Source: Marsupella aquatica (taxonomy: Eukaryota > Plantae > Marchantiophyta). From it: 64,000 nucleotides of DNA. Each line of letters starts with the position of its first letter. Within the stretch, counting starts at the first letter, position 1. The notes under the pieces are model-generated. The model had not been told where the DNA came from. It searched no databases and worked only from the letters and a program-made list of their open reading frames with translations. The position numbers were made by a program, and so were the translations under genes. Positions 51,497 through 64,000 of the stretch are shown piece after piece. The DNA lies in contig OZ316894.1 in NCBI GenBank assembly GCA_973895155.1, positions 13,759,580-13,823,579 on the forward strand. Direction: 5' to 3'.

Positions 51497-53205
51497 CATT
51501 AGTAGAAAACAATGTATTTTATGACCGAAACAATGACTATTAATCAGGTTTTTTTAACAAAACAATGACGTAATCGTTCTCGTCTTTCCAGACGCGTCAC
51601 AACGGACATTTTGGTCACGGTCCTTTTGGACAAATGACGCTAAAAACATGTGGTCATTCCATACTATCCTAAATGACCATTTTTATGATATGGTCATAAA
51701 TGCTGAACGGTCCAAAATGACGACACAAATCACCATTGACGGTCAATTGTCGTTTACCATCGACGGTCCCCATACCCAATTACACAACGACACATGGCAA
51801 TCAAAAAACAAATAACATTGGTCATTTTGGACTTGTCCAAAATGACGTACATTATATAACAAATCAAATAGTGATACGTGGTTCAAAGAGGATTCACCAT
51901 TTGGCAATATATTTGGGTCATTTTGGACGTGTCCAAAATGACTACGATATAAACAAGTCATATTGAGACACGTGGTTCAATTGGGAGGAGACACGTAAAG
52001 ATACACATTAGTCATTGATGACATGTCTTGAATGACATAAATTGAGTCATAGTGGACTTGTTTATAATGACCATGAGAACGGTCATTGTATATGTCATTC
52101 TTTGAATCATTTAGTCTATGTCTTTAATGACCAGAGTTGAGTCATATTGGTCACAAAGATAGTTGTGGATAATGACCATTACATCAGTCATTCTAGCCAG
52201 TCATTCAGGTGAAGTATTCAATGATTTGGAGAAATTCAAATTTAAGTGATCATGATAGATAAAAATTCATGTCAATCAAAAATCATACATTACAAAGCCA
52301 TTCAATAGATTTGCTGAATGAAAACTTAAAGAAACATTTGATATATATCACAAATCCAATTGACATTCATACAAGATACCTTCATAAGTCTCACAGTAAC
52401 TATTGAACTCAATGCAAATTTATGAAACAAAATTACATTGACATCAATAATATTAGATTGTCAATTGTTACAACTTGACATACCAATCACTCTACATGTT
52501 TATAGAAAAATAGAGTTGTCATTCTATCATGTCTAGTGTTTCTTGACAAAGTGCTATTTCTATTGCTTCTTAAGCAATCTAGAGTTCCATAGGGCATTCA
52601 TCCCTTTCACATCAGATAATTTAGACTGGTTCTCCCCTGCATTGGCAAATGGCAATGCCACATCTACAAACACTTCAATCACACGCACTCGCAAGAAAGG
52701 GCTTTCAAAATCTGCACAATGAAACTTATCTTCTCCTGGCAGCCTTGTCACCTCACCTTCTGCCACTATCATGGAATTGTCCACAATGCTCTTCATCTTC
52801 ACCAAATCTCCTCTTGCAAACTGTGAACAACACATTTTGTTAAAAATGCAATAAACAGAAATTGAAAGATAGAAGAACACTCAAATCAAACACACATTTA
52901 CCTTTGCAATGGGGTTAGGAGACTGCATTGGTTTCTTTTGTGTAGGTGATGCATTTGCTGATGATCCTTTCTTCCTTTTCTTCTTTCCCTTTCTAGTTGA
53001 TGGAGTGTCATCCTCCTCACTTGGAACAGGAGTTTCTTTTGGCAACTCAGATGATTCTGGGGTTACATCTGGTGTCAACTGAGTCAACTTATCCTCTGGC
53101 AACTGAAAGGCATCTGAAATGGCTTCTTTGGGCAACTTAGACGGCAAAAGGTTCACTTCCAATTCAGTTTGCTTTAGAGTACTGTTAGCTGTGTCAGTTG
53201 GTCTT
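51497..53205 (-). mobile_element. End of a CACTA/EnSpm element with subterminal repeats and tnpA-like 3' exons
   Basis: CATTAGTAGAAAA (degenerate CACTA) at 51497. Many AATGAC/GTCATT repeats to about 52210. Exons about 53205-52902 and 52820-52560 encode VAEGEV...RVRVIEVFVDVALPF...KLSDVKGMNALWN (TNP1/EnSpm-type C-terminal domain). Confidence 0.75.
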
Positions 53206-54099
53206 CCCTACGACACAGGAGGCTCCCCTACCCATATTTGATAATAAAAAACCCTATGATTCTTATAATTCTTAAAATTGGATTAAAATAACCCTAATTT
53301 CCTATCCTGAGGCAACTTGGGATGGATCATCGCCTGGTTAGCTCCTGCTTTAGACTCTGGGTACAATTTCCCGATGCTATGCAGGGACAAGGTGAGAACT
53401 TTATTCACAGCCTTGACCTAGGTTTAGTTCAGGGCCACTGCATTTTTCTCCTTTGCTAGTTGCTGCATTTTTCATTTTTCATGATTTGATAGTGTGATTG
53501 TTTTGAAGTCGTAGCCGTGGTCTAAAACTGGTCTATAAAAAATGAATTCGAAAGTTCATTGTACTTCTGACTTTCTTATGCGCAGCGAATGGAGCTTAAA
53601 ACATGAGAATCAAGCGTTGGCAATTGACAGCCATCGCTAAAAGTTTGTTGTTGAGTGAATAGACTGTCTTGATCAGATAATAGTATAGGATGGTTTGCTG
53701 GAGTTTTGTTGCTCTCTGTGCTTTGTTGTGCACATTGTTGTGTTTGCTCTGTCCATTTTAAAACTTGAGAGCCAAATGAATGCTTTGCTGAAACTCAATT
53801 GCTATTTGTTCTGTGTTGCCCTTACAGATTTTAAAAAGGCAGGGTGAGTGAGCACTACTGTACGGCAAGCGAAGGCATATAGGTTGCAATATTTGCGATT
53901 GCTTCCAATTATAGGCCAAGGTTATTTGTGCTGCTCAGTCCTAAATGCTTTGCAATCCATAAAGCATTGGTTTATGCTGCACCCTTGTGGTTACATGTCA
54001 TATTTTATGCTGCACCCTCATTCTTTTGTGTCATGCTAAACCCTGTTATTCCTTCTTGTTTCACAATCTGATGTATATAGGGTCTGAGTGTGCAGGGCC

Positions 54100-54759
54100 A
54101 TGGCTCGCAATAAGCAGAAGGCCATGAATCGTTGCAGAGGTGAATCCTCTCAAGCACCTCAATTGTCCTTATACTCAGACATTGAGATTAACCAGAATAG
54201 TCCACATGTATGTGCAATTTGTGATGAGGGAGGGGATCTCATTGTTTGTGATGGGCCTTGCCACCGACATTTCCATAAGAATGTTTCCTGTCCTTTGGGT
54301 CAGCAATGGCTATGCCCAACTATATCCCTGGCTGATGGCCATGTTGGAGAATGGCTTTGTGTTGATTGCAAGAATGAGGAACATTCTTGCTTTAAGTGCC
54401 ATGTGTCTGGAAAAATTGGTGAAGAGGTAAGAAAATGTCCAGACCCTCTCTATGCCCGGTTTTACTGTCGACAGTGTTTGGTTCCTGGCACACCATCATG
54501 TGGACTCCATATTTGTCTTACTTGTGGACAGGGGCCCAATGATGGGGCTAATGGCTTTTTGGTTCAGTGCATGAGGTGTCCTAAGGCATGGCACAAGGAT
54601 TGCCTGCTATTTATCCAGCAGAGGGGATTTGCCCATGATCGAACAATTTGGGATCACTTAGCGCATGGGCAGCCCAAGAAGGGGATGTTTTACTGTCCTG
54701 ACCATGACATTGACCCTACACTAGGCACTCCTGCTAGGAGCCACATATCTTGGATTTGA
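54100..54759 (+). CDS. EDM2-like tandem PHD-finger protein within the CACTA region
   Basis: VCAICDEGGDLIVCDGPCHRHFH...WLCVDCKNEEHSCFKC...CGLHICLTC...LVQCMRCPKAWHKDCL...IWDHL...YCPDHDIDPTLGTPARSHISW follows the composite PHD region of plant EDM2-type proteins. Open 219-aa frame. Confidence 0.75.
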   Translation: MARNKQKAMNRCRGESSQAPQLSLYSDIEINQNSPHVCAICDEGGDLIVCDGPCHRHFHKNVSCPLGQQWLCPTISLADGHVGEWLCVDCKNEEHSCFKCHVSGKIGEEVRKCPDPLYARFYCRQCLVPGTPSCGLHICLTCGQGPNDGANGFLVQCMRCPKAWHKDCLLFIQQRGFAHDRTIWDHLAHGQPKKGMFYCPDHDIDPTLGTPARSHISWI

Positions 54760-55721
54760 TTGAGGCTGGATGGAACACAAACTTGAGATAGAGCTTTTTG
54801 ATGGTTTCATGTGGACTTAAACAATTTTCAGAGTGCTAAAACATGTGGACTATTTATATGCAGTTTGATGAACTCCTCATGTATACACACTCTATGACAG
54901 TGCATTGCGGATTGAGGCAATTAATTTTGAGAAATCAACTTTACTATCTTTTCCAGGGTAGGATTCCGATTTTCATGCATGTGCTTTGAGTGTGACTTGG
55001 GTCATTGTTGATGTCTAAACTTCACTTGTAAATTTGTCACTGGTGTCACAAACGTTACTTATTCCGGACCTGTCTGCTCACATTCCTAATAGGCAAACAA
55101 ATACTGGAAATGATGAAAGCACAGAGATTTACGTTCATAGTATCATTCTGATGACACTGTATGTGATGCTCTATTTGTATGCAAGAAGGAGAAGGTGCCC
55201 CACTATAGTGGATTTGAGAAACTGGGCTCTGTGGGTTTGAGCAATTGGACTGTGGTTGGCATCGGTTGTAAAACTGTGACGGTAGGCCCAATTTTGTATG
55301 CATGTCACACTGATTCAGTTTGAAAATCATAGTTTGAATACAATTTCAATCAAGCTAGCATGGCACAATTGCCACAGAATACGTTAGGTGTGGGTAGAAC
55401 TCCAAAGTTGCCGCTCTTCCATCCAGCTAGAGTACAACATCATGATGATGCTTTGTGGGTTCGAGAACAGAAGGCCTGCCACAAGAGTGGGGACCATAAG
55501 ATGTACTGCCCTTGTGTGAACTGCAAAGGGAATTATAGGACTAATCGGAATACTGCTAGACTACACCTTATTAAACATGGTCGGTACCCTGCATGTCGAG
55601 TGTGGGTGGGAGAGGGACAGGACTCTTTTGATGAAGAGTGGGGTGTTGACTACATGTCACAACATGGCCTTGAGGCATTGAGGGTAGCAAACCTTCAGTA
55701 GGCAACCTGTGCACAACAGCC

Positions 55722-55840
55722 AACTGTAGATGTTGAAGAACATTTATTTGTAGATGTTCCAGAGTATCCAACTGTGGATGTTCCAAAGTATCTAACTGTG
55801 GATGTTCAAGAACATCCAACTATAGATGTCAAAGAACATA
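55722..55840 (+). repeat. 24-bp coding tandem repeat (TVDVxEHP-like, about 5 copies) in the CACTA transposase N-terminus
   Basis: Degenerate ACTGTGGATGTT..A.A..ATC.A units. Confidence 0.7.
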
Positions 55841-57398
55841 TCAGGGCTCTACTGGAAGAAACATTGTTGAGAACCAGTGAAGAATCCCCTGAGCATGACC
55901 TAGATGATCAGGACCGTTTTGACTTGGATTTTGTACTTGGGGATGATGAGAGTGAAGGAGGTGCCCATCCTGTAAACCCCCTTGAAACCTCCAAAACTCC
56001 TATGGAGACTGATCCTGCACAGTTATCTTTAGATGCAGCAATGCAACCTTTGTTCCTAGGCAGCAAAATAGATGTTGTGTCATTCATGTTGCTTTTGCTG
56101 AACATCTATCATGGCCATGGATTCTCAAACAAAGGAGTGAATGCATTGTTGTTTTTGATGGGGGAGCATGGTATGCCTGTAGAGCATAATCTGCCCAAGA
56201 ACTTATATGCTGCAAAGCAGCTATTGAGAAAGCTTGGCTTGGATTATGAGAGAATCCCTATCTATGAGAAAGGTTGCATGCTCTTTAGGGGTGAGAATGC
56301 CAAGTTAGAAAACTGTTCAGTGTGTCAGCAGCCCAAGATGAAGAGAGTGGGGAATTCATTACAGGCAAGGGAGGTGGTGCGATATTTCCCTATAATTCCC
56401 AGGTTGAAGAGATTGTATGCCACTGCTGGTACATCTAAACTCATGACTTGGCATCATGAGAATAGAAGCACAGACAACATGGTTCGGCATGCAGCAGATT
56501 CGAAGGCTTGGAAGCATGTGGATACAAATATTGATCGGAAATTTGCAGCTGAACCAAGGAATGTGTGATTTGGGTTGGCACTTGATGGGGTGAATCCCTT
56601 TGGGAATAATTCCACAGCTTGGTCTACCTGGCCAATACTGTTGTTGAATTACAATTTACCTCCTTGGCTTACCACCAAGAAGTTCTTTGTCATGCTAGCT
56701 ATGCTGATTCCAGGACCTGATTCAGTAACAAAGGAACAGTTGGACATAATATTGGGCCCATTCTATGAGGAGCTGGAGCTGTTGTGGAAGAAAGGAGTGC
56801 CCTGCTTTGACAAATTGCCACGCCCAGGATTGTCTCAACACTTCAACCTTAGGGCTGTGCTATTGTGGACAATCAATGATTACCCTGGATATGGTTTAAT
56901 ATCTGGACAACAACACTCTGGATACAAAGGATGTGTCATCTGTGGGCCAAAATGTGTGGCACGTGGTTCTAAGAACTTGCAGAAATTAGAGTACAGTGGC
57001 CACCATCGATGGTTAGCAGCAAGGCATCTTTTTTGTAGACCAGACAGTGCACAATAATTTGATGGTGCAATTGAGAGTCGACCTGCACCGTGTAGAATGA
57101 CAAGCTCTGATAGAAAGAAGTGGGGAGACGAGACAACAGAATATTTGAAGAAGGGAGGAACCAAGGTTGAGGATGAGAAATGCCCCATAAAGGTGCATGG
57201 AGTGAAGAGGGCTACTGGTCTGTACAAGTTGCCCTATTGGAATGTAAGACTCCATACTACTACAATGAATTTCTGCAATCTCTTCATATGACTTTGAAAT
57301 ATATTCTCTTCATATACTTCCTGTAGCCCAGATTTTGTAATTGTTGTATTCAATGCACTAATTTTTGAATTGTGTCTACTGCACAAACTACTGCCCAG

Positions 57399-57732
57399 GA
57401 GGTGTTTACAAAAGACAGCAAACAGGAAACAGGATTTAATAACAGAAATTGGTAACAGGAAAAAAAACTGGTAACAAGAAAATGGGTGGAAAATTTTTTT
57501 TAATTTTTTTTTCAGTCGACCAGTTTTTTTTGCTAGCGCCCGGCGCTGCTAATAGTAGCGCCCAAAGCTAGCCAAAAATGTTGCATTGTTAATTTTTTTT
57601 GGAAATAACATGTTTTAGGAGATATTTTTAAATTATCATTTTCCTGGTAACAATGATTTTTTCCTGGTAACAGCATATTAAAAACAGAAAAAAATTCCTG
57701 TTTACTTGTTTCCTATCTCCGTCACTATACCC
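57399..57732 (+). mobile_element. 334-bp non-autonomous relative of the ParB-MTase MULE, inside a CACTA transposase intron
   Basis: 8-bp TSD CTGCCCAG (57391-57398 and 57733-57740). GAGG...CCC ends, CAGGAAACAGG and GGTAACAG subterminal motifs, and two TAGCGC palindromes (57534 and 57556). Confidence 0.85.
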
Positions 57733-59780
57733 CTGCCCAGTGATGCCAAAAGTTGTATTCAATGCCCTAATTTCTGAATTGTGTGTCCACTGCAAAAACT
57801 ACTCATTAACCATTGTCTAGATCCCATGCACTGTGAGAAGAATCTTGCACACAACATTGTGCACACTATCATTGGGACCAAGGACACTCCTTCTGTGAGA
57901 GAAGACATGAAGCTCTTACAGGTGCGCCAACACCTATGGCTTGTACCCAATCCAGCTCCCAAGCGTAACGATGACAAATTGTTGATGCCCCCAGCCCCAT
58001 ATTGCCTGAGCAAGAAGGAAAGAACAAGGTTCTTGGAGGTGTTATTGACCTTGAAAGGGCCCACTGGTTTTTCAAGTTCTTTGGCAAAGTGTGTTACAAA
58101 ATCCAAGAAACTCTCTGGGTTGAAATCACATGATTTCCACCAACTCATGCAACAGATTCTCCCTCTAGCAACAATGGGATTACTTGATGAAGGGGTTCGC
58201 TTGGCCATAGCTGGGGTGAGCAATATCTATCGCCAGACCTGTACAAAGGTGTGGGACCCTTCAATGTATGAGAATTTGATGATGGATGTTGCATTCATTC
58301 TGTGCATTTTGGAAATCCATTTTCCACCAAGCTTCTTTGATGTCATGACCCATTTAATGATTCACCTAGTGGAGGAATTAGACTTGTGTGGCCCAGTTAC
58401 AGGCAGATGGATGTACCCAATAGAGAGGAACCTGAAGGTATTGAAGGGTTATGTATGAAACAAGGCACGTCCAGAGGCTTCTATGGCTGAAGGCTATGTA
58501 TTAGATGAGTCTTTGGGATTCCTTTCTAAATACATGATTGATGCAAAGGGAGAGGGAAAACGAACCTGGGAGTTGGAGGAGGATGCTGGCGTTGCAGACA
58601 TTGTTTTGGAAGGGGCTGCAAAGGCGATAACTTTGGATTGGTCTGAAATGATGGCCATGCATCATTATATATTGGAGAATGAAGAGACAGTGGCTCCATG
58701 GTACAGGTACATAAACCCTAAACCCTCCTATCCTTAGGCATATGATCATAATTATGTTGCCCCATTGTGTTTGTATATTCATGGTGGATCGTGCACTAAT
58801 GTCTTCACTATTGTTGTTGCCATGCAGGATATATGATGCTACCAATGAGACTGTTACCAAACAAAGAGTGGATTTTTGAAAGGAATGGATGAGGAAGCCT
58901 GCCAATCAAAGAAAACCAGTGGAATTTCCCGCTGACTGCCAAGAATTGCCACCTTTCAAAGAATGGTTTCAAACATTAGTCAATACCCATAATTTTGAGA
59001 AAGAGTCTGAGTGGTCATTACTATTTGCATACTCCACACCATCTAGTTTGAAGGCACAACTGTATAGGGCATGCAGAGCCTATGGGCACCATTGGAGGAC
59101 TATTCCATCCTTGGGGTGTTTGAGTGATTGTGATTCTGGTGCTTTCAACACTTTTGATTCTGGGATGGCTTCTACATTCAATGAGAAGCGAGTGGACAGG
59201 TCTGGTGCAACCATAGAAGAATCTGTATAGTATGTAGGGGCCTTGACAGATATCTTGGTACTGAATTACGGCAGCTTGAGGAAAGAGGTGATTCTTTTCA
59301 AAGGGAAATGGGCAGATCCATCCTGGACTCCTAAATCCTCTGCCAGTATGAGGTATTCCGAGTCTGGTCTTTGGCAGGTGAATTTCCATAGAGAACTGGG
59401 TGTGTCCAAGAAAATGGATTACGTTTTCCCAAAGCAAGTGGAGCAGGTTTTCTTCCACCCCAATGAGAAGGGGATAGCATGGAGAACAATCCTCCACAAA
59501 GAATCCAGGTCCACAAGGGTGGTAGGTGATTACACAGACGTTGATTTCCATACTACAATGGAAAACAATGCCAAATTACACATCAAATTGGCTAAGGCCT
59601 GTAGGTCCAGAGCAAATCCAGGACCAAGTACTGGTCCCAAACGAGGCAGAGATGCAGAGGGATCTGCAAGAAAGGGCAGGCCTAAGCAATGAATAGGTTT
59701 TAGGTGTGTGAAGTCCATAGATGGACTACATGTATGGACTATATATGAAATCAGACTAATGGTTTACCCATTTGTGCAGT

Positions 59781-62112
59781 TGGTGAATGCAGCCTGTGAA
59801 AGGAAGATTGCAGGGGTTGTCACATTCTGTGAATCCTTATGAGGAGGCCCAAAAGCGGAACATAGAGCATAATGTCAAAATTATGCATGATCTAGGACTG
59901 GGGCCAGACTGCATGCTGATGTGTGTGTTAATATGTCTGTTGCAAATTGATTCAGTAGATGAAGTTGTCAGGTTCATGTTCTGTTTTCATATTCCAGATT
60001 GGTCTCATACTAGTATGGATCCTGTACATAAGTACTAGTGTTACGGTGTTGTAGATTTATTTTGCATGTATGTTTGATCTGCATTGGTGTATGTTGATGA
60101 TTGCTTTGTTCCTTAGAGGCCCAACCACACATGTACAATGAGAGAGAGGAAAGTCTGCTTTGGTGAAAGGTACTTCAACTGAAACATTGCCAAAGAGGAG
60201 GAGCTCTAGACTATCAGAAGTTACCAAGGTGATAATGGCAAAGTGTGGTGATGATGGCTATGGTTCTCCTTCTGAGTATGACACTGAGGATTCTGACATT
60301 GGAGGGTCAAAACCAGAGAGTGAACAACAGGTAATGCTTGAACTTCATCATCCTAATAGGAAGGGATCCTCATCCCTTTTTCAAATTATATGTTGATATG
60401 CTTACGTTGTCCATGATGTAGGTACAAAAACAAAATCATGGTCCTAAGAAGACTGGGCCTGGTGGAGGTGGGCTGGTGAGATGTTGGAAAGACCCAGACA
60501 CTGGACTCTTATATGAAAGTGAGTGGATTGTACTGTTCTACTTTTCAGGTGTGTTTGGAAGTTGATATTCTACTTGGAAATGAAATTAATTGAAGTGCTT
60601 TGGTGTTGTGTGTTTGTTTAGTGGTTCCATCAGCATCTGAAGGCAGATCAGGTCAATCTGATGTACTACATTCCAGAGGATCTTCAAGTAATACACAATC
60701 TGCTCGTCATGCATATGCAAGAGCATTTGCTCAACTTTTCAATCATGTACATATTTTTTGATTGAATGCATGTGTGTGCATTGCAGGCGGGGCCTCTGAG
60801 ATGCGCAGGGAACGAAGGCATGCTAAGAAGCAGTTTGATAATACTGCCAAACAACAAAGGGATTGTGGAGATTTGCCCAAACACATTAAAGTGAGTATTT
60901 ACTTTTTTTGAATGTAGATTTAGACAAATCTGATCCTCTCTGTTGTTGTGTGTATAAAACCTGGACTCGGCATAAATTCCAGAGTTATGAATTGACATTG
61001 TCTGTGAAATGCAGATTTATGACAATGATATTGATGATTCTGATGGCAACAAACAATACTGGCTGGAGGAACTTTGTGGCAATGTACTCAGAGTCTTTGA
61101 TGTATCAAAGCCAAAATGGACTGATCATCCACAAGTTCATACAACCACAGTGTGGAATAACATGGCAGCTGAGTGGAAGTATGTGGGTGGGGAATTTATT
61201 AAGACCAAATTCCAGAGTCATTGTCATGGCATATTGAAGAGAGAGCGCCATAAAATGCATGTTTACTGGAAGAAAGTTTGCAATGAGGATCCAACCAAAC
61301 CTGGGCCATCTGGTGTTGATCCAAAGAAATGGGCAGCTTTGGTATCTCATTTTACCAGTCCAACATTGATATCTTTGAGTAAACAGATGACTGATAAAAG
61401 AGCACGAGTGCAAGATACCTCTCACTTTGGAAGAGGAGGGCATGCTGCAGCAGCAAAGAGAATGGTAAATTGTCTATCATTTTCACTATCAATTATGTCT
61501 TGTTTATGAATCTTGATGAAAACAAACTCTGTGATTCTCATTCATTGTGTGTTTGAACAGAAGCAGAAGAGAGGATCAAGCCCAGGTATATCTGACCTGA
61601 AAGAAAACCATGGTAGTCAGGGTTCATTGCCAAAGGTGACAATGAGCCCATCATTGGCAAGTGCAGAAGGTCAGACTGGTAGTTTTGTGGGAGCAAAGGT
61701 GAGCCCATCATTGGCAAGTGGGGAGGGTAAAAGTGCTAGCTTACTGGGGCAAGGATATAGACATGGATCAGCTGTGAGTATTGTCATACTAATTTGATTT
61801 GTACATCATTCTCCATTTGACATAGTGTTGTGTCATTTGTAAGTTTGACATTGAGAATGTTGTGTTGGTTTGTGGTTCATTTACAGACCCCACATTCAAA
61901 AGAAGAGATCACTGCCATTGGGGTTATGAAATTGGATGTTGCTGAGTTGAAAGGCACTGTGAGGGAGTTGACAAACATGATGACTACGTGGATGGCACAT
62001 CACACCAGTAATGCACAAGTTCCAACAGTTGTGCCTAGGCACAGTAAGTTGACTACAGCTACCAAACAAGGTAGTAGAAAGCGATCTCTTACTTTTTCAG
62101 GCGATAATGAAG
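59781..62112 (+). pseudogene. CACTA second gene (tnpA/Ptta-like), multi-exon
   Basis: NPYEEAQKRNIEHN and LKRERHKMH...PSGVDPKKWAALVSHF...SKQMTDKRARV..TSHFGRGG. Many short GT-AG exons; boundaries approximate. Confidence 0.65.
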
Positions 62113-63710
62113 GTAAAATTCTCTATCATGTATACACTATCCATTCAATGTAATTATTGTGATGTGTCTATGTCATTGCATGTTTATAATGTTCTTGCAT
62201 GTATTAAGTGTGATCATATGTTGCTAGTGTATACATGTTGCTAGTGTATACATGTTTGTATACACGTACTCTCCTAACGTGACAAGACTTCTTCTAGATC
62301 ATTCTCTGTAACAAAATTTATTCGTTTGAAGTAAAAGACTGAAATCATTTGATGGCAAATTCTCCCCTTACTTAATCAAACCTCGCTTGGGGTGGACAGT
62401 GGGGTATAATGAAGTAAGACATTCCCACTGTTGAGCAATCTCTTTGAGATAGTAAAATTTCTTAGGTCTTTCTGAACGAGGACTTTTCCAGCACACTAAA
62501 AAAAGATTGGCAAAACATCAGGCTGACTTTCATGGTCAGACACTGCCAATAAAGTTTTGAACACAACAAACACAGCAAACATTTCCAATAGAATTTTTGG
62601 GTAAAAGGGTGCAGCATCCTGATTTTCCTAAACTCCATGAATTTACTAGCAGATTCTTATGTTCAATTAGGCAGCATTAAACAGACCAGCCTTCCACTCA
62701 GGCAGAAACAATCCTAGCCCACTCAAGCATTAAATAGGGTCGAGCCAAAAACTTTTGGCATCAATTTCTGAAACACCAAAAATGCCAATGCTAACACGAT
62801 GAAATACTAGAAGAGATAGAAAAAGATACAGTAGCATTTGAGGCAATAATTGCCAGATGACAAAAAGAGAAGACAATAACTTATGAAAACTGAACACAGC
62901 AGACACAAAAAATTGATGCTAAGGAGGAATTGAAAGAAAAGTGCCTTCAAACCTACTCTAGTGAGTTGCGATTCATGAATTGACAAATCAAAGGAGTGAG
63001 CACTCCAAAAGACTAATAGTTAGCATCGACAGCACCGATGCCACTACAGACATGCCCTGCCTGATACAAGGAGTAGAACCATATTGGGAGATACTACAGG
63101 GTATATATTGATCAGAACGATGATTGAGTTGCTAAGGAAGGGAGATCCTCAGACACAAAAGCAATCAGCAGACAAATTGTCGCTTGGCAATCATACATCA
63201 ATAGCAGTCAGAAAGGAACACTATCATTTGGAGCTTTATTTTCTTTTTGCAATTATAAGCTTGAGGTGTATGGTGTTCAATGATTCTGCAAGGCGGTCCT
63301 CGCTTGCCTCGAATAGTTTTTTGAAATGACAATCAAACAATTGATAGGACGAGGCTGCTCCTACCATCGCGGAGCAAGCACAGGCCACGAAGGAGAGCGC
63401 CAAGGGGCAGGCTGAGTCTACGAAGGTGACCGCAATGGACAAGGTTGCTCCCATGATCAAGGAAAAGATCAGGGCCGCGATGGAAGCAGGCAAGAAAGAG
63501 GCTGCATAGTTGGGGGAGACCGTCCAGTCATGGAGGGAATGGGCGATGAAGTATGTATTGATCTGAATCTGGCTTCCAAAGTGTATGCAAACATTGCTTA
63601 TGAGAGTTCCGGATACAAAGATATAGTAAGGATGGTAGTTCTTATCTAGATAAGAACATATGGTGATGTTGGTCGGGGTGATTTGGACTCATGATATATC
63701 TAGTGAGCTG

Positions 63711-64000
63711 GAGGTGTTTACAAAAGGCAGTAAATTAACAGCAAACAGAAAACTATAACAGGAACTGGAACTGGTAACAGCAAAATGTCCTGTTTTGGGA
63801 GCACATTTCTCCTGGTATTGTGGCAAAATTTAAAAAATCCGTTCCTAAAATACTGATAATTATGCGATGCCGAATACTAGCGCCGGGAGTCTACAGGCAA
63901 AACAATCACAAACGCATCATGCCGAATACTAGCGCCGGGCGTTCAAACCCAAAATAATGAAACATTAATCGCCCAAACGTGCCGAATACTAGAGCCGGCC
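63711..64000 (+). mobile_element. Left end of another member of the GAGG-ended MULE family (runs off the window)
   Basis: GAGGTGTTTACAAAAG is identical to the start at 57399. GGTAACAG motif and three TGCCGAATACTAG(C/A)GCCGG repeats carrying the palindrome half-site. Confidence 0.8.

Larger units (their letters stand above)
55360..59692 (+). pseudogene. CACTA (EnSpm) TnpD-like transposase
   Basis: YCPCVNC, RYFPIIPRLKRLY, HAADSKAWKH, ALDGVNPF...YNLPPW, WTINDYPG, LDPMHCEKN, GLKSHDFH, FFDVMTHLMIHL...RWMYPIER and YVFPKQVEQVFF. Several CAG/CAA/CGA-type stops; introns at about 57244-57795 and 58707-58827. Confidence 0.93.

Noticed and set aside
57343-57803. About 50-bp imperfect direct repeat flanking the 334-bp insertion, as a long TSD
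   Set aside because: The true TSD is the exact 8-mer CTGCCCAG. The longer repeat is a diverged duplication of the intron end.
62260-63700. Possible LINE or other TE relic truncating the CACTA element
   Set aside because: No diagnostic RT or endonuclease motif was recognised.

Overview
Eukaryotic, repeat-rich plant DNA, probably a non-seed land plant judging by the TE families (inference). There are two intact host genes: a 4-exon folate-receptor-like gene (37911-40029, +) and an intronless-CDS SF3B1 (43601-47446, -). The first 32 kb is a three-level TE nest. An old Ty3/Gypsy element, apparently carrying a C5 cytosine-methyltransferase domain between protease and RT, is split by a Mutator-like DNA transposon (985-29805, 8-bp TSD GCCAATCC, about 10.4 kb without inserts), which is itself interrupted by two LTR retrotransposons (1409-8584 and 15058-26282). 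The main finding is in the Mutator-like element. Divergently from its transposase it carries a spliced gene fusing a ParB-like domain (DGNHR) to a beta-class N4C/N6A DNA methyltransferase-like domain. It also has 13 copies of a 15-bp palindrome, TAGCGC-N3-GCGCTA, found only in non-coding positions (near both ends, between genes and in introns), which resembles a ParB/parS-like self-recognition or marking system. A short non-autonomous relative with the same ends and palindromes lies at 57399-57732, and another relative begins at 63711. Other oddities are a 3.85-kb LTR encoding a roughly 770-aa protein and a CACTA region with an EDM2-like multi-PHD ORF. All calls come from motif recognition by eye; no searches were run.
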